From positions 830,414 through 894,413 of the forward strand of contig RHPI01002090.1 in assembly GCA_009103225.1 (NCBI GenBank): DNA of 64,000 nucleotides. The letters are read 5' to 3'. This DNA is from Chlorokybus atmophyticus (lineage: Eukaryota > Plantae > Mesostigma and Chlorokybus algae). Shown here one piece after another: positions 24,201 through 39,568 of this stretch. A program made the translations under genes and the position numbers. Positions within the stretch are counted from its first letter, which is position 1. Each line of letters starts with the position of its first letter. A model generated the notes under the pieces. That model was not told the DNA's origin and did no database searches. It saw nothing but the letters and a program-made list of their open reading frames with translations.

Positions 24201-25996
24201 ACTGCAGCCACTGATGCCTGCACAGCACGTGAGTAAGCGTGGGAGAGAGAAATTGAAAAAGCGTAATTGGATACTGACATCGTGCTTATGCATCCGGGCA
24301 AACACATATACAGCCAGTCACCTGCAGTAAGCGTGGGGCCACCCTACAAGCCATGATTGTAACTCCGTTTCCATCAACAACCTGTGGCAAAGACAGATAC
24401 ATCATACCACGCAGTTGACTATGTATATCAAAACAAAGAAGCCGTGAGCATAGCGCGACTATACATAGCATAAATTGTGTGTACACCCATACCACTATAC
24501 ATGCTGCAAGGCATGCGCACCTACCAAGGGCACCAGCCCGGGGCCAGTTGTACGTAAAGTTGCTTGCCACATGCCCAGTGTTTCATTCATGACAAACGGC
24601 TCCTCGACAATGACCTCAGCAGCCAGGGGAGACGGTGCCGTCTTTCCTGGTAATATTTGCTGCCCTAGCGTGGGTTTCTCGCCTGCGACATGGCACTAAT
24701 GGCACATAAGTTTCAAGATGGACAACACGCTTGCCATGCACCATGGTTCGCTTAGCACAAGTCACCTGTCCTGTAGTACAGCAAACTCAGTGTTTTGGAG
24801 AACTCGGAAGGAGAGCTGGCTGTTTGAGCTAGTTCATCTGGAGCAGCAGCATTAGAGTTCAACACCCAGGCGCTGACTCGTATCCTGCATGGGCGCGAAA
24901 ATTGAGGAAAAGGCGAGCTTTCTTCCTGCCACATGTTGCGTCTGCGTTTGCCGGCTTGTTACCTTGAGTATGCAGGCAGAACTAGTCGCGGCAAAGCTAA
25001 GCTCCCTGCTGTTGTGTTTGTTGCAGCAGCTAAGAACCAGTCGTAACACCCAATGTCTGCTGAGAACCTTACGCTGACAGTTTCCAGAACATGCAGGCCA
25101 TCAGCAGCGGCTACTGACGTATTGTAACAAGCGACCTGCCGTCCGCAAGCCAGCACTTAGTTCAATTGCGTTCAAGTGCTGCATGGGCACCGTCTTGATA
25201 CCTGAAATACGCTCAATCCAGCAGGACAGCGCACGGTGGCTGCCACACCAGCTGGCTGAACTCCTGTAGAGCTTTCTAGCGTGCAGGTTGCAGGCACCTT
25301 CCACACCAACTGGTCTCCAGCATAGCCACAGACAGTGGACGCACCGCCATCTGTGCGTGTGCAACAATATTGGCGTTTATGCAGCATGCATGCATACCAA
25401 GCAATGTTTGACTGTTGGTGTTGTCAACTTGTGATGTAACTTTCTTCAACAGCAGCCAATGATGAACCACCACCTGCATGCAGGCATCATCACCTGCAGA
25501 AGTGGTGGCAACCAGTCGTGCTGGAACACTTGCACTAAAACGTGAAGGGTCTGCCGCAAGGCTGGCATATCTCACCTGTTGACAGCTCATGCAGTAAGGT
25601 AAGCAGCACAGAGCAGTTTGCAGTGCGCATACACAGTTGCTGCGCAAATGAAACCGTGCTGTTCAGGGCAGGACTCGGTGCACACTATAACAAAGCTGGG
25701 TTGCAACCTAACAGCTTTTCCAACTAAATGTGCAAATGCAACAGTTCTCCAGCTGTGCTGATTTGCATGGAAGTAAGTTGAGCAAACAACAAAAAAACAA
25801 CGCCTGCTAACAACTGACGCGGTGAGCATTTTGGCTTGAAGTAGTAGCTGCATTGCATTGCATGGTCTCAAGCTGACACACCAACTTCCAAGTTTCCAGC
25901 TGGTAGCAAACTGACCTGTACATTGCTGCCAGCAGCAGCAGCCGTAGCGCTTGCCACACAGACAGCAAACCAGACTGGCAGAAGCAGCGCCACCAT
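21296..25996 (-). CDS. CATSPERE: CatSper channel auxiliary subunit, epsilon-like (signal peptide, large ectodomain, single C-terminal TM helix), multi-exon
   Basis: Signal peptide MVALLLPVWFAVCVASATAAAAG. Spliced C-terminal region VYVGCPPGRYL..DCPASIY..LLPTLEIWHGDEYVK..ANFLVWSINGRTDYLFNTTVHQ|AGCL..YQILNGSGRNGISF..GLFVFAARVLDNSYSHCELEAEFAVRVYG, then TM, aligns colinearly with the recalled mammalian CATSPERE C-terminus. Epsilon versus delta/gamma is not certain. Confidence 0.75.
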
Positions 25997-26309
25997 CGCT
26001 GTTGCTGAGGGTCAGAGCGGAGGCTGCTCCTGTCGCCGCATTCACCTCATTGTAGCCTTATGGCATAGACACACAGATTCCGGCGGAGCAGCCTTGCCCC
26101 CCAGCTCACCAGCCCCCTCCATTGTGCATACGCTCGCTCCCCCGAGTCCCTCACATCTTAACGCAGCCGTCCCTCGCCATCCTTGAGCTGTACCACATAA
26201 CTACTACTTGTAGCAGCTGTACAGTAGTAGTAGCCTATTACTCAAACTTCGTGCTCGTAGCTTGATGCTTACTCCCGCAACCACACCGCCGCCGCTGCCG
26301 CCGCTTCAC

Positions 26310-27665
26310 ATGCGCACAGGCGCTCGTGCCGTTAGCTGCCCACCCGCTTGGCACCGATTTCGAGTTCGGGGTTTGAAACAAAAGCTATATCGACGCTCGG
26401 TTGATATCGACGAGTCAAGAGTCTGTACAAATAGAAGCTTGTGCTGTGCAAGTTGCACAGTGCTTCGCGCAACTTGTGTTGCGCTGTAATCGCTGAGCTC
26501 GGTTGTTACCATGCCAGAAAGGTGGCCCCGGTGAAGACTACATCAAGCAAAGAACCTCCATACAGGTAAGCAAAGCCAAGGAAGGTAAGTGCGAGTGCAG
26601 AATTCACCACATCAGTTGTATCAAATTCTGCATGCGTGTCGTGGACGTGCGTGCAGTGCCCGTCATGCTCTCAAAACACGTACACACACTCTTACGCTAT
26701 ACATGTGTAGCTGGGCGCAAACCTCAGCACAGCTCCTTCCCATGAGCACACACCTGTGCATGCTTGTTACTTTTGGCCCAACGGCTGCTAGCTACCGCAA
26801 CGAATACGCGTACAGTGCAAAGTGAAACATTACACCCGCCCTTCTCGGCAGCGCATAAGAGAACCAGAGGCGCTGGATACCCTAGGGAGGCCCACAGCAA
26901 TCGTGCATGCTGGCGCCAAGCTGCAGACCAGCAGGATCCCTTGCTGATGCTCGCCTCTCCCTGCTGTGCTGTGCTGCAGGTACTCCCCCTGCAACAATTG
27001 AATTGCCTAACCTAACCTTGCTTCTCCTTAGCTAAAGCACACAATCCGGGGCATGTCTTCGTCTCGCGTTGCATGCAATGCAATAACTGCCCACTACGGC
27101 GTTCTTCCTCTGTGTTTTGTGAGTATGACACACTTGCACGGAGCGTCCTGTCCAAATGGTTGCACAATCCACCTTAACCACCGCATAGCTATGCAGTCAA
27201 ACGATGACACTACTACTCCGCCTGGCACCTGCCCCCCACCCACCCAACCGCAGCCGCTGACAGCCACACTTCAGGACGGTGCCACGCACCCGCAAGAGCA
27301 GTATGCCAACTGCGTTTCAGCGACCAAGCCACCAACTGCAACGACGGGACTACGCGAAGCTCAGGTGCAAGCCTTTGGTCATTTGCTGTGGTATGCATGA
27401 TCGACCTAAAGCAATGCATAGCTATGCAGTATAACGGTTACACTACTACTTCGCTGCTTGGCACTTGCCCGCCCGAACCCGAACAGCCGAAGCTGTTGAT
27501 GGCCACTCTTCAGGATGTCGCCACGCACCTGCAAGAGCAGAACCCCGACTGCATTCCAGCCATCAAGCCACCAGCTGCAACGAGTCAATCAAGCTCAGCT
27601 CAGGTGAAAGCCTTGGGGCTTTTGCCGAATGCATGAACAAGATGCCAGCTGGCGGGTTGCAGCGT

Positions 27666-27716
<51 letters not shown>

Positions 27717-28546
27717 GCGTGCAACACACTTGCACAAAACGTTATGTTTTGGCTGCAAGCGGAGGTGCATGGTGTGCATGATCCACCTTAGCCAATGCTT
27801 AACTACGCAGCTAAACAATGACCCTGCCACTTCTCTGCTTGGCACCTGCCCGCCACCCGACCATCTGAAGCTGTTGACAGCCACTCTCTCGGGTGCCTCC
27901 ACACACTCGCAAGCGCAGGATCCCAACTGCGTTCCAGCAAAGAAGGCACCAACTGCAACGACTCAACTAAGCGAAGCTCAGGTGTCTCATATCATTTACT
28001 GCATTCATGAGCAGGTTGCAGCTTGTGCCAGATAATACGTAGCAGCTAGTTCACGTAGTTCTTGCCTGCATTGCCAGTTAGCTGACTTTGACTGTTCAGA
28101 AAAGCGCGCTGATGGCAGACTGCTTTACGAGCATGGCTGGCGCACTATCCAACATGATTGCATTGTCCCCAGACGACGCCTTCAAGCGCGAGTGCATACG
28201 CATCATGGGCCTGCAGGCGGATGACACGGACTTGCACGAGAGCACTGTCGCAGCATGCCTGACGCAGCAGATGAACATTGCATGGCATCATGATGGTATA
28301 GCCAGCGCCAAGCGCAGCCATAGGAAAGGGCAGTCTAACAGCAGCAGCAAGCCGAAGTCAGCCTCCACTCACCCAACACCAAAGGAGCATCCCGCCACGT
28401 TGCCCGAATCGATTAACGCACAAGTTAATCGTGGTGCTACACAGCGTGTTGATGTTCCTGAGCAGGACAGCTTGTGTATGCATGCAGCAGCCGGTGCAAG
28501 GGCGACGGTTGAAGCCGGTGGATGTGATGGTAGTGCTTGTTGTTAG
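26310..28546 (+). CDS. Orphan protein containing three tandem exon-encoded 56-58 aa repeats; 5' exons uncertain
   Basis: Phase-0 exons 27197-27364, 27430-27603 and 27811-27981 splice in frame to terminal exon 28100-28546. No family recognised. Confidence 0.4.
27160..27990 (+). repeat. Triplicated exon plus flanking acceptor/donor sequence
   Basis: Three similar units encoding TT..LGTCPP....L.ATLQ..ATH.QEQ.PNC.PA.KPP.AT.....AQ, each preceded by a similar ..gcatagctatgcag acceptor and followed by CTCAG|gtg. Confidence 0.9.
27667..27712. repeat. (CT)n microsatellite in intron
   Basis: Seen directly. Confidence 0.95.
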
Positions 28547-28888
28547 TGTTCTCACAGATCATGCTGTACAACATTTACAGTCATGCCACCAGTACAGGGC
28601 TCGTAGGCAGTTTCATCATGCTTCATGCTCCTCCATGTGCTTAATGGTCAGCTGATGCCCACATGCACCGACAAGCAATGAGTAATCACAGGAAGGGCGA
28701 CACACACTTGTGAAGCAGTATCCACATAGGATGCGGTGTGCCATGCATGTGCTGCTATGTGGATGTCTCATTGCATGTCCTATGCATGCGCATGCGTGTC
28801 CTGCATTTTGTGTACAAGCAGTCCAACCAGACAAAGTCAATGGGTAGAGCTGCAAAATTGAAACAGGTAGAGGGGTCCAACGTCTGCG

Positions 28889-29171
28889 CTACAACGAGTC
28901 ATCCGGGCCGATTTCTTCACAGAAGAGGCAGTAGTTGTTGAGCACGCGGTACATCAGCGAGCCGGGCTCCGGGACCAGAGCCTGCGTGATCTTGTTCCAG
29001 TAGTGAAACAGGTACGTCTCGCGCGCCATCCCCTCCCACACCTCATGCTGGTCATCCATCCCCTCCAACGTAAAGTACGTGTTCACCTACTCAGTCATGT
29101 GTCAGTTGGACTTTTGCACAGAGAGCAGCACCAGCAACAAGAATAGCAGCAGCAGCAGCAGCAGCAGCACG

Positions 29172-29202
<31 letters not shown>

Positions 29203-31191
29203 CTCACCCTGGCCCAGTGGATGGGGTAGAAAGCCATGGTGCCGAGAACGCGCAGGCCCTTTCCGCCCTTGGGGAAGCGTCCGGCCACACGCGTGACGAG
29301 CTCCGGGCCGTTCCAACCCCACGAGTCCGTGCGGTACGTCGTGTTGAACTCCACAAGACACTGCAGGATGAAGTCTGCACCGCGGTCAAAGATCAAGATC
29401 GCCCCATTCAACACCTGTAATGTGTGCAAGTGTTATAGAGGGAGGACGCAACTAAGCATGTACACATGTATGTGGTATGTGCGTTGCAACTCATTGTAGA
29501 TCATGTACGTAATCGTGTACGTAAATTGTTGTGAGCAACAAATCAATCTTACCTTTGGTTCGCCTCTTGGACCGGCGAGTTCGGTGCCGATGCTGTTGCG
29601 GAGTCCGCTGAGGTCGCGCATGACGACGACGTCCGTGTCGAGGTACACGCCGCCATACTTGTAGAGCGAGGCCAGCCGGATAATCTCCGTGATGTGGCTG
29701 AAGAAGTAAGGGCCCTTCTTCCACGTCTCAATACCGGAGTACCATGCCTCTGCCAGAAAGACAGACACAACAACAACATCACTCATCAGCTCCCTTGCAT
29801 GTGGGTGTTGTGCCAGATCAGCCATGCCAAACTGCGTTGCCTTGTCTTCAAGCACACAACTAAGCACCCTCTTTACCTGCAGGTGTGCCGGCCAGCAGCC
29901 ATGGCACATCTGGTCTCTCAACTATAATGTTGTAGCCCGCATCCCAAAACCTCTGTTGAATTGAAATTAGCAATAATGTTAGTCTTGAGTGCTCGCAGCG
30001 GCAAGCCAATGCGCGTTGCTGTCGAACGTGATGTGGACCTGAAAATGGTCTTCTGAGAGGGTGGGCGAGTACACTATGATGCATGCTGTGGGATGGAACC
30101 GAAGCGTGCTCTCAATCTGGTTTGCGTAAAGGGATACGACAACAAATAAGTGATATCGCATGAGAGTAACACGGTACACCCAAAGTACGAGCTGAGTTCA
30201 GCAGCGTACCGTGCGGCGGTAGCGGAGGGTAAACTCGCTTTCACTGGTTGTCCAAGCGAGGAAAAAGTTCATAGTGCACTGCGCAAGACGGTGTATCAGC
30301 TGCATTGACACACACAGGATCATGCACACCGCAATGTTACTTCCACGCAGCCCGCTTACATTGGATGCCGCAATGAAGCGCTCAACACGTGAAGGGGACT
30401 GTGCCTGCGTGAGCATAGCCGCAATGAGTTACTGCGGCAATTAACATTGCAGAGCCTCGAACGGACACATGTTCATGCGGGTGTGATTGACAAGCCTCTA
30501 TTTTTGGGACGCTAACCAATTGTTGCGCTTAGGACTGACAGCATGAAAGCAACACGCATGCACACACTCGTGCGTACCCACATGCTCAGAGAGGTGCACA
30601 AGGAGCCCAAATCAAGTCAGCCTGCCAGCCATGCGCATGCAATCCGCATCATGCTGAGCACCCGTTGAGAGAGTGTCTTGAGTACATCCCTCGAGATTGC
30701 TTCACTAGCCTCTGGGAAGCATGCACTCAGTGATCGACTCTTTCATAAAAATAAGGGTAGATTGGTCAGACAAACAGTCAGATATATTATCAAATGATTC
30801 CACCAGCCAGGCATCACTCCCTCATAGAATGTGGCGATCAATTCACAGCTTGATGCATCAAGCGTTGAATCAACCACAATCAAGGTATGCATTCATCCCA
30901 TTCATTCCATCAGTCAAGCCATCCCTCTATCCATCTTACTATTCAATGAGTCATCAGGCAGTCATCAGACAACCTGAACCGTGTTTTCTCCTTTCGCACA
31001 AAATACAAGACGCTTACCAGGGTGGTTGCATCTGCGGCGCTTGTGAGCAACAGCAGTAGGGCGGTGATGAGCACAGACACGACGCAGCAGTTGCGGGAAC
31101 CATTGCAGCCTCTTCTACTCCTGCTGAACACGACTGAGGATGGAGAAGCTGACGATGACGACGGTGACGTCGGGGAGGAGGAGGAACCCAT
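28889..31191 (-). CDS. GT32 alpha-1,4-glycosyltransferase (lactosylceramide 4-alpha-galactosyltransferase-like), type II membrane protein
   Basis: EIIRLASLYKYGGVYLDTDV (DxD), LNGAILIF, WGWNGPELVTRV, YLFHYWN. N-terminal TM segment VVSVLITALLLLLT. Confidence 0.88.
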
Positions 31192-31799
31192 CCACCCCGC
31201 CGCCTGCAAGGCATTGACCAGACCAGAGCGGGACAGGCTAGCCCCCGTCGTCGTCCTGGTCCCCTCTTGCTATCTCCTCCACCGAAACATAGCCTCGCAG
31301 CTACTTAGCAGCCAAGGCAAGAACGCCTTCAAACAATATTGTCGACAACAGTACAGACTCACGCCAACCACACCCGCAGCAACAACCTCGCTGACGGCGG
31401 CAGCCACACAGAACGCAACACGGATGCCAAGCACCAGCTCAGCCCGCAGCAAGGCTCTCTCCAGGCCTGACCTGCCTTACCACCGCACAATCACCTCTTC
31501 TGGGAGATTGTCTTGCTTGCCGTTGGTCCCAACTCGTGCCTCCAGTACCACCATACTAACAACGGCGGCGGAGGCGGAGATAGCGATGCTACGTGGCGCG
31601 AGCAGGAGGCCGTTACCGCCGCCTCATGCGTATTTTTAGCATGTTCATATATTCGCTTGGGTGCACGTTGTGCCCGAGAAGCCGGCTGGCCGCATGCTCT
31701 AAGCTTGAAGCCGGGCCAGCGCATGAAGCTGTAATCAGTGATCACGTTCACAACGTTCAGCGATCACACTCAAATTACACTCAGATCAGTGATCACGCT

Positions 31800-34258
31800 A
31801 TGCCGGCGGCGCCGGCGGCGGTGGCGGTGGGCAGGTTGTGGCTGCTGCCGGTGCAGCCAAGGCTGCTGCTGCATCCTGGTGTTGTGGGCATGCAGGCACT
31901 GTGTTCCGCAGCCAGTGCGGCAGTGCAGGAGGTGAGAGGAGGAGCTTCTGCTGGCCTGGTGCTGGCGGCGTGGCGAGCCGGCCAGGTCAATGAGAACAGA
32001 CTGTGGGGAGCCAAGGGACCATGCAGGCCTGACCCTGGAGGAGGTTCTGCTGCAGTTCAGATAGTCGCCTAATCACGGACTCTGAAGCTTGACCTATCTA
32101 AGCCAGCAGCCGTGTGCTGGCTTTGTTCTTAGATCACATCTGAACTGCATGTGTGTAACGTGAAAACAATTGTGATGAGCCTAACGTGCGTTGAACGAGA
32201 AGGCTATCTCGGTATTGTGCGCTAAAGACAGTTCCAACAACTGCAACTCTGCAAGCAATAAATGTTCATGCGGCCCCCCAAACACACCCAAAATGAAACA
32301 AAAGAAATAAAGTTAAACAAAAAACACTGTACTTTAAGCAGTAGCATCGGTACTGTTGTTTCACAGTGCACCTCGGTACTGCGTACCAATCCACAAGCTG
32401 ATCATGGGGGCTATTGCATTGAACAGCAGGTAAGAACCCACTGAAGGACGTTGATGAGGCACGGCTGCCGCCAACTCTCGCCGAGTGCGGGCACTTGGTA
32501 TTAACCACGCCGGATCCGCTGAGCAAGGCCGCTATCACGCACGCCGCATTCCGCGCTTACAGCCATGGTATGCTCGTGCATGCATGTCTCTTGGGCTTCT
32601 AATGGGCTTGGTCGAATGTTTTCATTACACTGAGACTTTTGCCATTAACAAAGGCAGTCTTCCTTTGGGAACAGCTGCAGCTCCCGACAGACCCGCCAGG
32701 CCGCCCAAGCCTATGCTGGTACCACCCCAAGCTTTGCAAATTGTCTATAGGGTGGCTGTGAGCGCTTGCGCATCGTAAAGAATGTCAACGTGTTGCTCGA
32801 TCTGCAGGTGCCACCGAAAGAGGTACCCACGCCCAAGCAATCGCCGCTGCCTCTAAACGCGCACACTTTGCACAACCTCGCACATATTGAGCTGAACGGT
32901 GAGGGCAATTAGTGCTGCAACCTCCTCGTGTCCTCTGGTGGGCTGGGTGACATGCATGTACACAACAATGTTCACAGCTATCGACCTTGCGTGGGATACC
33001 GTTGTGAGGTTCTCCGACAAGCACGGGCGCAGCTTGCCGGTAACAGTAAAGTAGCATCTGGCGTGCACTCGTATTCCGCACGTTATGCAACCAGACATGT
33101 GAGAGTCTGGTTGCACCTCAGGCCCTCAACGCAAACACGTGATCTTCCTGACGGCAGGAGCAGTTTTATGCGGACTTTGCACGGGTTGCAGATGACGAAA
33201 GCCGCCACCTCAGTAAGGCTTTCGCCAATGTGTGCGCATCGCTTTGTTAATGTGTCCTCCTGCCTGCTGCTCAAAACCGTGCAACGTGTCCCAATGCATG
33301 GTTGACAGGTTGGTGTTTACAGCGGTTGGGCGAGCTGGGCTTCTCCTACGGTGACATCCCTGCACACAACGTCCTATGGGAGGGTGCTGAGGTAGGTCTG
33401 CATGGTTGTTACCAAGATGCAAGTTTCAGGTATGCCCTTGAGGTTATTGCCTGTGTTAACATTATTGTGTGGCAACGCACAGAGTACACGCAAGGTTGTT
33501 GCTGCACGGCTGGCTGTCATCCCCATGGGTCAGGTAAAGTGCACGCGCAACCACACACAGACTGAAGCGGCTTGCAACCAGTGTCAAACAGGAAGACAAC
33601 TCAGCTTCTTTCAGGAGGCCAGGGGATTGGATGCGGGTGAGCGCCTTGCGGACAGGCTGGTGGGGGTTGGGGACGCGAGGACGGCGCGCTTGGTTCGGCA
33701 GATCGCCGTGGAGGAGACCGCGCACGTCGCTGTGGGCGTGTTCTGGTTCACGCGGCTTTGTGATGCCGCTGGGGTGGAGGCGAGTGCAGGGTTTCAAGGT
33801 ATGACTGGGTGGGTTAGTCCTGTCAACGGCATGGTTTGAAACTGGACCAATGCGACGTTTGATTGTTGCAGCACTAATAAAAGAGTACCAGCCAGAGTTG
33901 CTGAAAGGCCCCTTCAATCATGATGCCCGCGCTGGAGCAGGCTTGCAGCGCCACTGGTATCGATGCTATTGCACAAAATGTTGCGGACGTGACGATGGCG
34001 GTTGCACATTGCATGACACAGTCTTGAGTAGCATATGGTGACACGTTTGATTGTGGTGACACAGGTATGATGTATCGGAGCATGCGTCATTAGCTCAGGT
34101 TGCAGAGGGGACACCCGCTGACATGAATCAGGTACACAAAGCAATGTGACAAGGGCGTCAGCACGTAGCATGGTACTTGATACATAATAGTTCGACATTA
34201 ACTGCAGGTGCGCACGAGGCTTGAACACCTGTTGAGTCTAGAGCTCAGCAGCATATAG
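31800..34258 (+). CDS. DUF455 ferritin-like domain protein, multi-exon
   Basis: PDRPARPPKP; HNLAHIELNA|IDLAWD; FARVADDESRH; YGDIPAH..LW; EARGLDAG; EETAHVAVGV.WF; KGPFN..AR..AG. The first exon is tentative. Confidence 0.85.
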
Positions 34259-34434
34259 CAGGTTCGGCAGGCAGCGATCTGGTGTGACCATGTCACCAAC
34301 AGTAGCACCAGGCATTATTTGCCCATGGGGTAGAAATCACTGACATTGCGGTCTAGTAGTCACCTGATTCTTAGACGTAGTAGTCAAGTGTTAGACATGT
34401 AAAGCGAGAGACAGAGAGCGTGCAAATGCTTGCG

Positions 34435-34436
<2 letters not shown>

Positions 34437-34512
<76 letters not shown>
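34437..34512. repeat. (AG)n microsatellite ending at a single-N contig join (34513)
   Basis: Seen directly. Confidence 0.95.
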
Positions 34513-34513
34513 N

Positions 34514-34821
34514 CGACATCAACATGCTGGTGTCATGCACTAACTATGCTTCTCGCCTGCGTGTCATACCATGCCGCGTAAAGGCTTGAGAGCGACGAGA
34601 CGCTGAGGAAGCTCTGCTGCACAAGGCGAGAGTGTTCCTTCCGTCCGCTTGCAGCTCCATCCCCTGCCACGCTCCCCGCAACACCCCCGCAGCTTGCACG
34701 CCATGCCCTCGCCTGTGCTGCGCAAAGCGCTGGTGCGCCGCAGCGGGAAAAGACGACAAGGCAGCTGCGCTCGTCGACGGCGCCGACACGCTCGCCGACA
34801 ACACCGCCACCGTGGCCATGA
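34514..34821 (-). repeat. 308-bp exact copy of GET3B start codon, exon 1 and part of intron 1 (source 38515-38822)
   Basis: Identical by eye at an offset of 4001 bp. Flanked by the N at 34513 and a G-run from 34822. Confidence 0.9.
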
Positions 34822-36218
34822 GGGGGGGGGGCACCACTGTGTATGCGTGTATGTGAATGTACGCAATATAAGGTTGCTGTTGTGTACAAAAGACCAAATG
34901 CATATGCAATATTTGCGTGTGCTATGTGTAGTTAGAGTGGTTGTGCAGTCATATTATGGTCCTTGCGTATGCATGAGCCAAGCCATGGCAACTTACAATT
35001 TCTTGCAGTACATGCTCCAGCAACGGGCTGCGGCACTTGCTTGCATGCGGCCTACCCACTACTCAACTCCATCATTATGGCCCCCCTCTTCAGTCAGCCA
35101 GTCATGCATGGCAATGCTGCGACGTAGTTGATACTGCCATGCTGGTTACCCACCATAATATGATCGCCGTCACTACATACATATTGCCAATGACAAAGTG
35201 TACAAACAATGCGAAACGGAAATGTGTTTTGGTTGCAACAAGTAGCGCGCAGCATGCATGATTGATTGTGCTGCCTGCTTGCTCGTACCCACTGCCCTGC
35301 CTGCCTGCTGCCCCATCTTGCATTTGCACATAGCACATTAGAGCACCTAGCCTAGGCACAGGTGGTTAAATTTGATGTGTAAAGCGTGTGTATGCTTGTG
35401 CTGATGCATGCCATTCGCATTGTCCACATGCATGCTGCCACCGTACCATACCCCTTATATACATTAGAGCACCCAGCCTAGGCCCCTGGTGTAATTGAGT
35501 ATGCCCATGTTGTGTTGTCTTGCCAACAGTATGCGTAGGTGTGTGCATGACTGTGCATTACCTACCCGACTCTATACTCGATGCACGCATGCAGTGTGCT
35601 GCGTACATTCCCAATGTATGCAAGACAACGCGTTTTGTTCACGAACTGTCGCTGTGCGCATTGCACTGTCGTCACAGTCTACACTGCCAACAGTCTACGA
35701 TTTCTAACCAATAGGTTCGCACACACAACCCCTTTGCCTGTTTGTACACACGGTGTCCCCGGCCAAGCACCAGCTACCCAAACCCGCGTGCGTAATTTCA
35801 CCCAATGCATGGTCATGCATGCATACTGTCTCAACAATCACATCCCACAGCTCATGATGTCACGCTGAGTATGCTACCCTATGCCGCCACATAGGGCAGC
35901 CAGGCGCACACCTTTACAAGTAAGGGCTAACCTAGCTTGCCTCCAGGATGGTGTACAACATATCGGATGCAGGGATGGTGTGTGCATGTGAGTGGCTACC
36001 TGTCTCTGTTCTGTGCTATACTGTGCCTGCTTACATTCTAGGCATCTTCGTTCAACCTAGGCACACGCATTCCCCAGGCAAACCGAGACACCACACCAAT
36101 ACAGTCCCAGTAGGTTAAAAGCAGGCGTTTACAAAGATGGCCTTCAAACCATGCACAGCAAACCTCACTGCATGACCAACCTGTTTTCCAGCAGCACCTG
36201 ACCCTACACCTAACTCAC

Positions 36219-38820
<2,602 letters not shown>

Positions 38821-38891
38821 GATGGCAACAACAGACTTCTGCCTCTCACTTGCCTAACTCGCCAAGCTCAGCTACACCAACCCTCAAACCT

Positions 38892-38926
<35 letters not shown>

Positions 38927-39568
38927 TAACAAGCTAGATTGGCATGCCCTTCCTGCTGCGCAAAACCCCACCGCTCTTCTGCATGCAAGCGTTACACGCA
39001 GCCTGTTACGGAGAACGCTGCCCACAGAGGCTGCAGTTGACCGGCGCCAGCGCCAACAACCACGACGCCGACTCCGCGAAGCACTAAAGCTCGGATGACG
39101 CCGGCGTTAGAGAGTGAAGCAAATTACGCACGTCAACGTCTATAACGTGCGTCGACACAAACGCCCGCCCTAACGTGAGCCTTGCCGTTACTGCACATAA
39201 CGTGGCTTTGCGCTGACGTTAGTAGGGTAGGTCCTATGTTGACGTGGAGAGAGACAAACACGAAGGCAGCGTTTGTCGAGGCAGTACTTGTTGTCGGCGT
39301 CCAGGATGGCGACAATGTCGGGGCCGCCGGTGGCGGGTGTGTCCGGCGCGTCCACGCTGAGCGCCGTGGGAACGCGCTTGCGCAACGCAGCCGGCGTCCC
39401 GGCGTTGCCGTCCCCGTTAGCGAAGTCATCGCCGTCACAGAGGTTTGTGTGACTACTTCTATTTACCCCTTGCCTGCTCAGACCTCCAACGGTCTCGAGT
39501 AATTTTAACACGCGCAGCGTACGTACGACGCCGGAGGCATTCAGGGTTGACCACTCGCATCTATCAGC

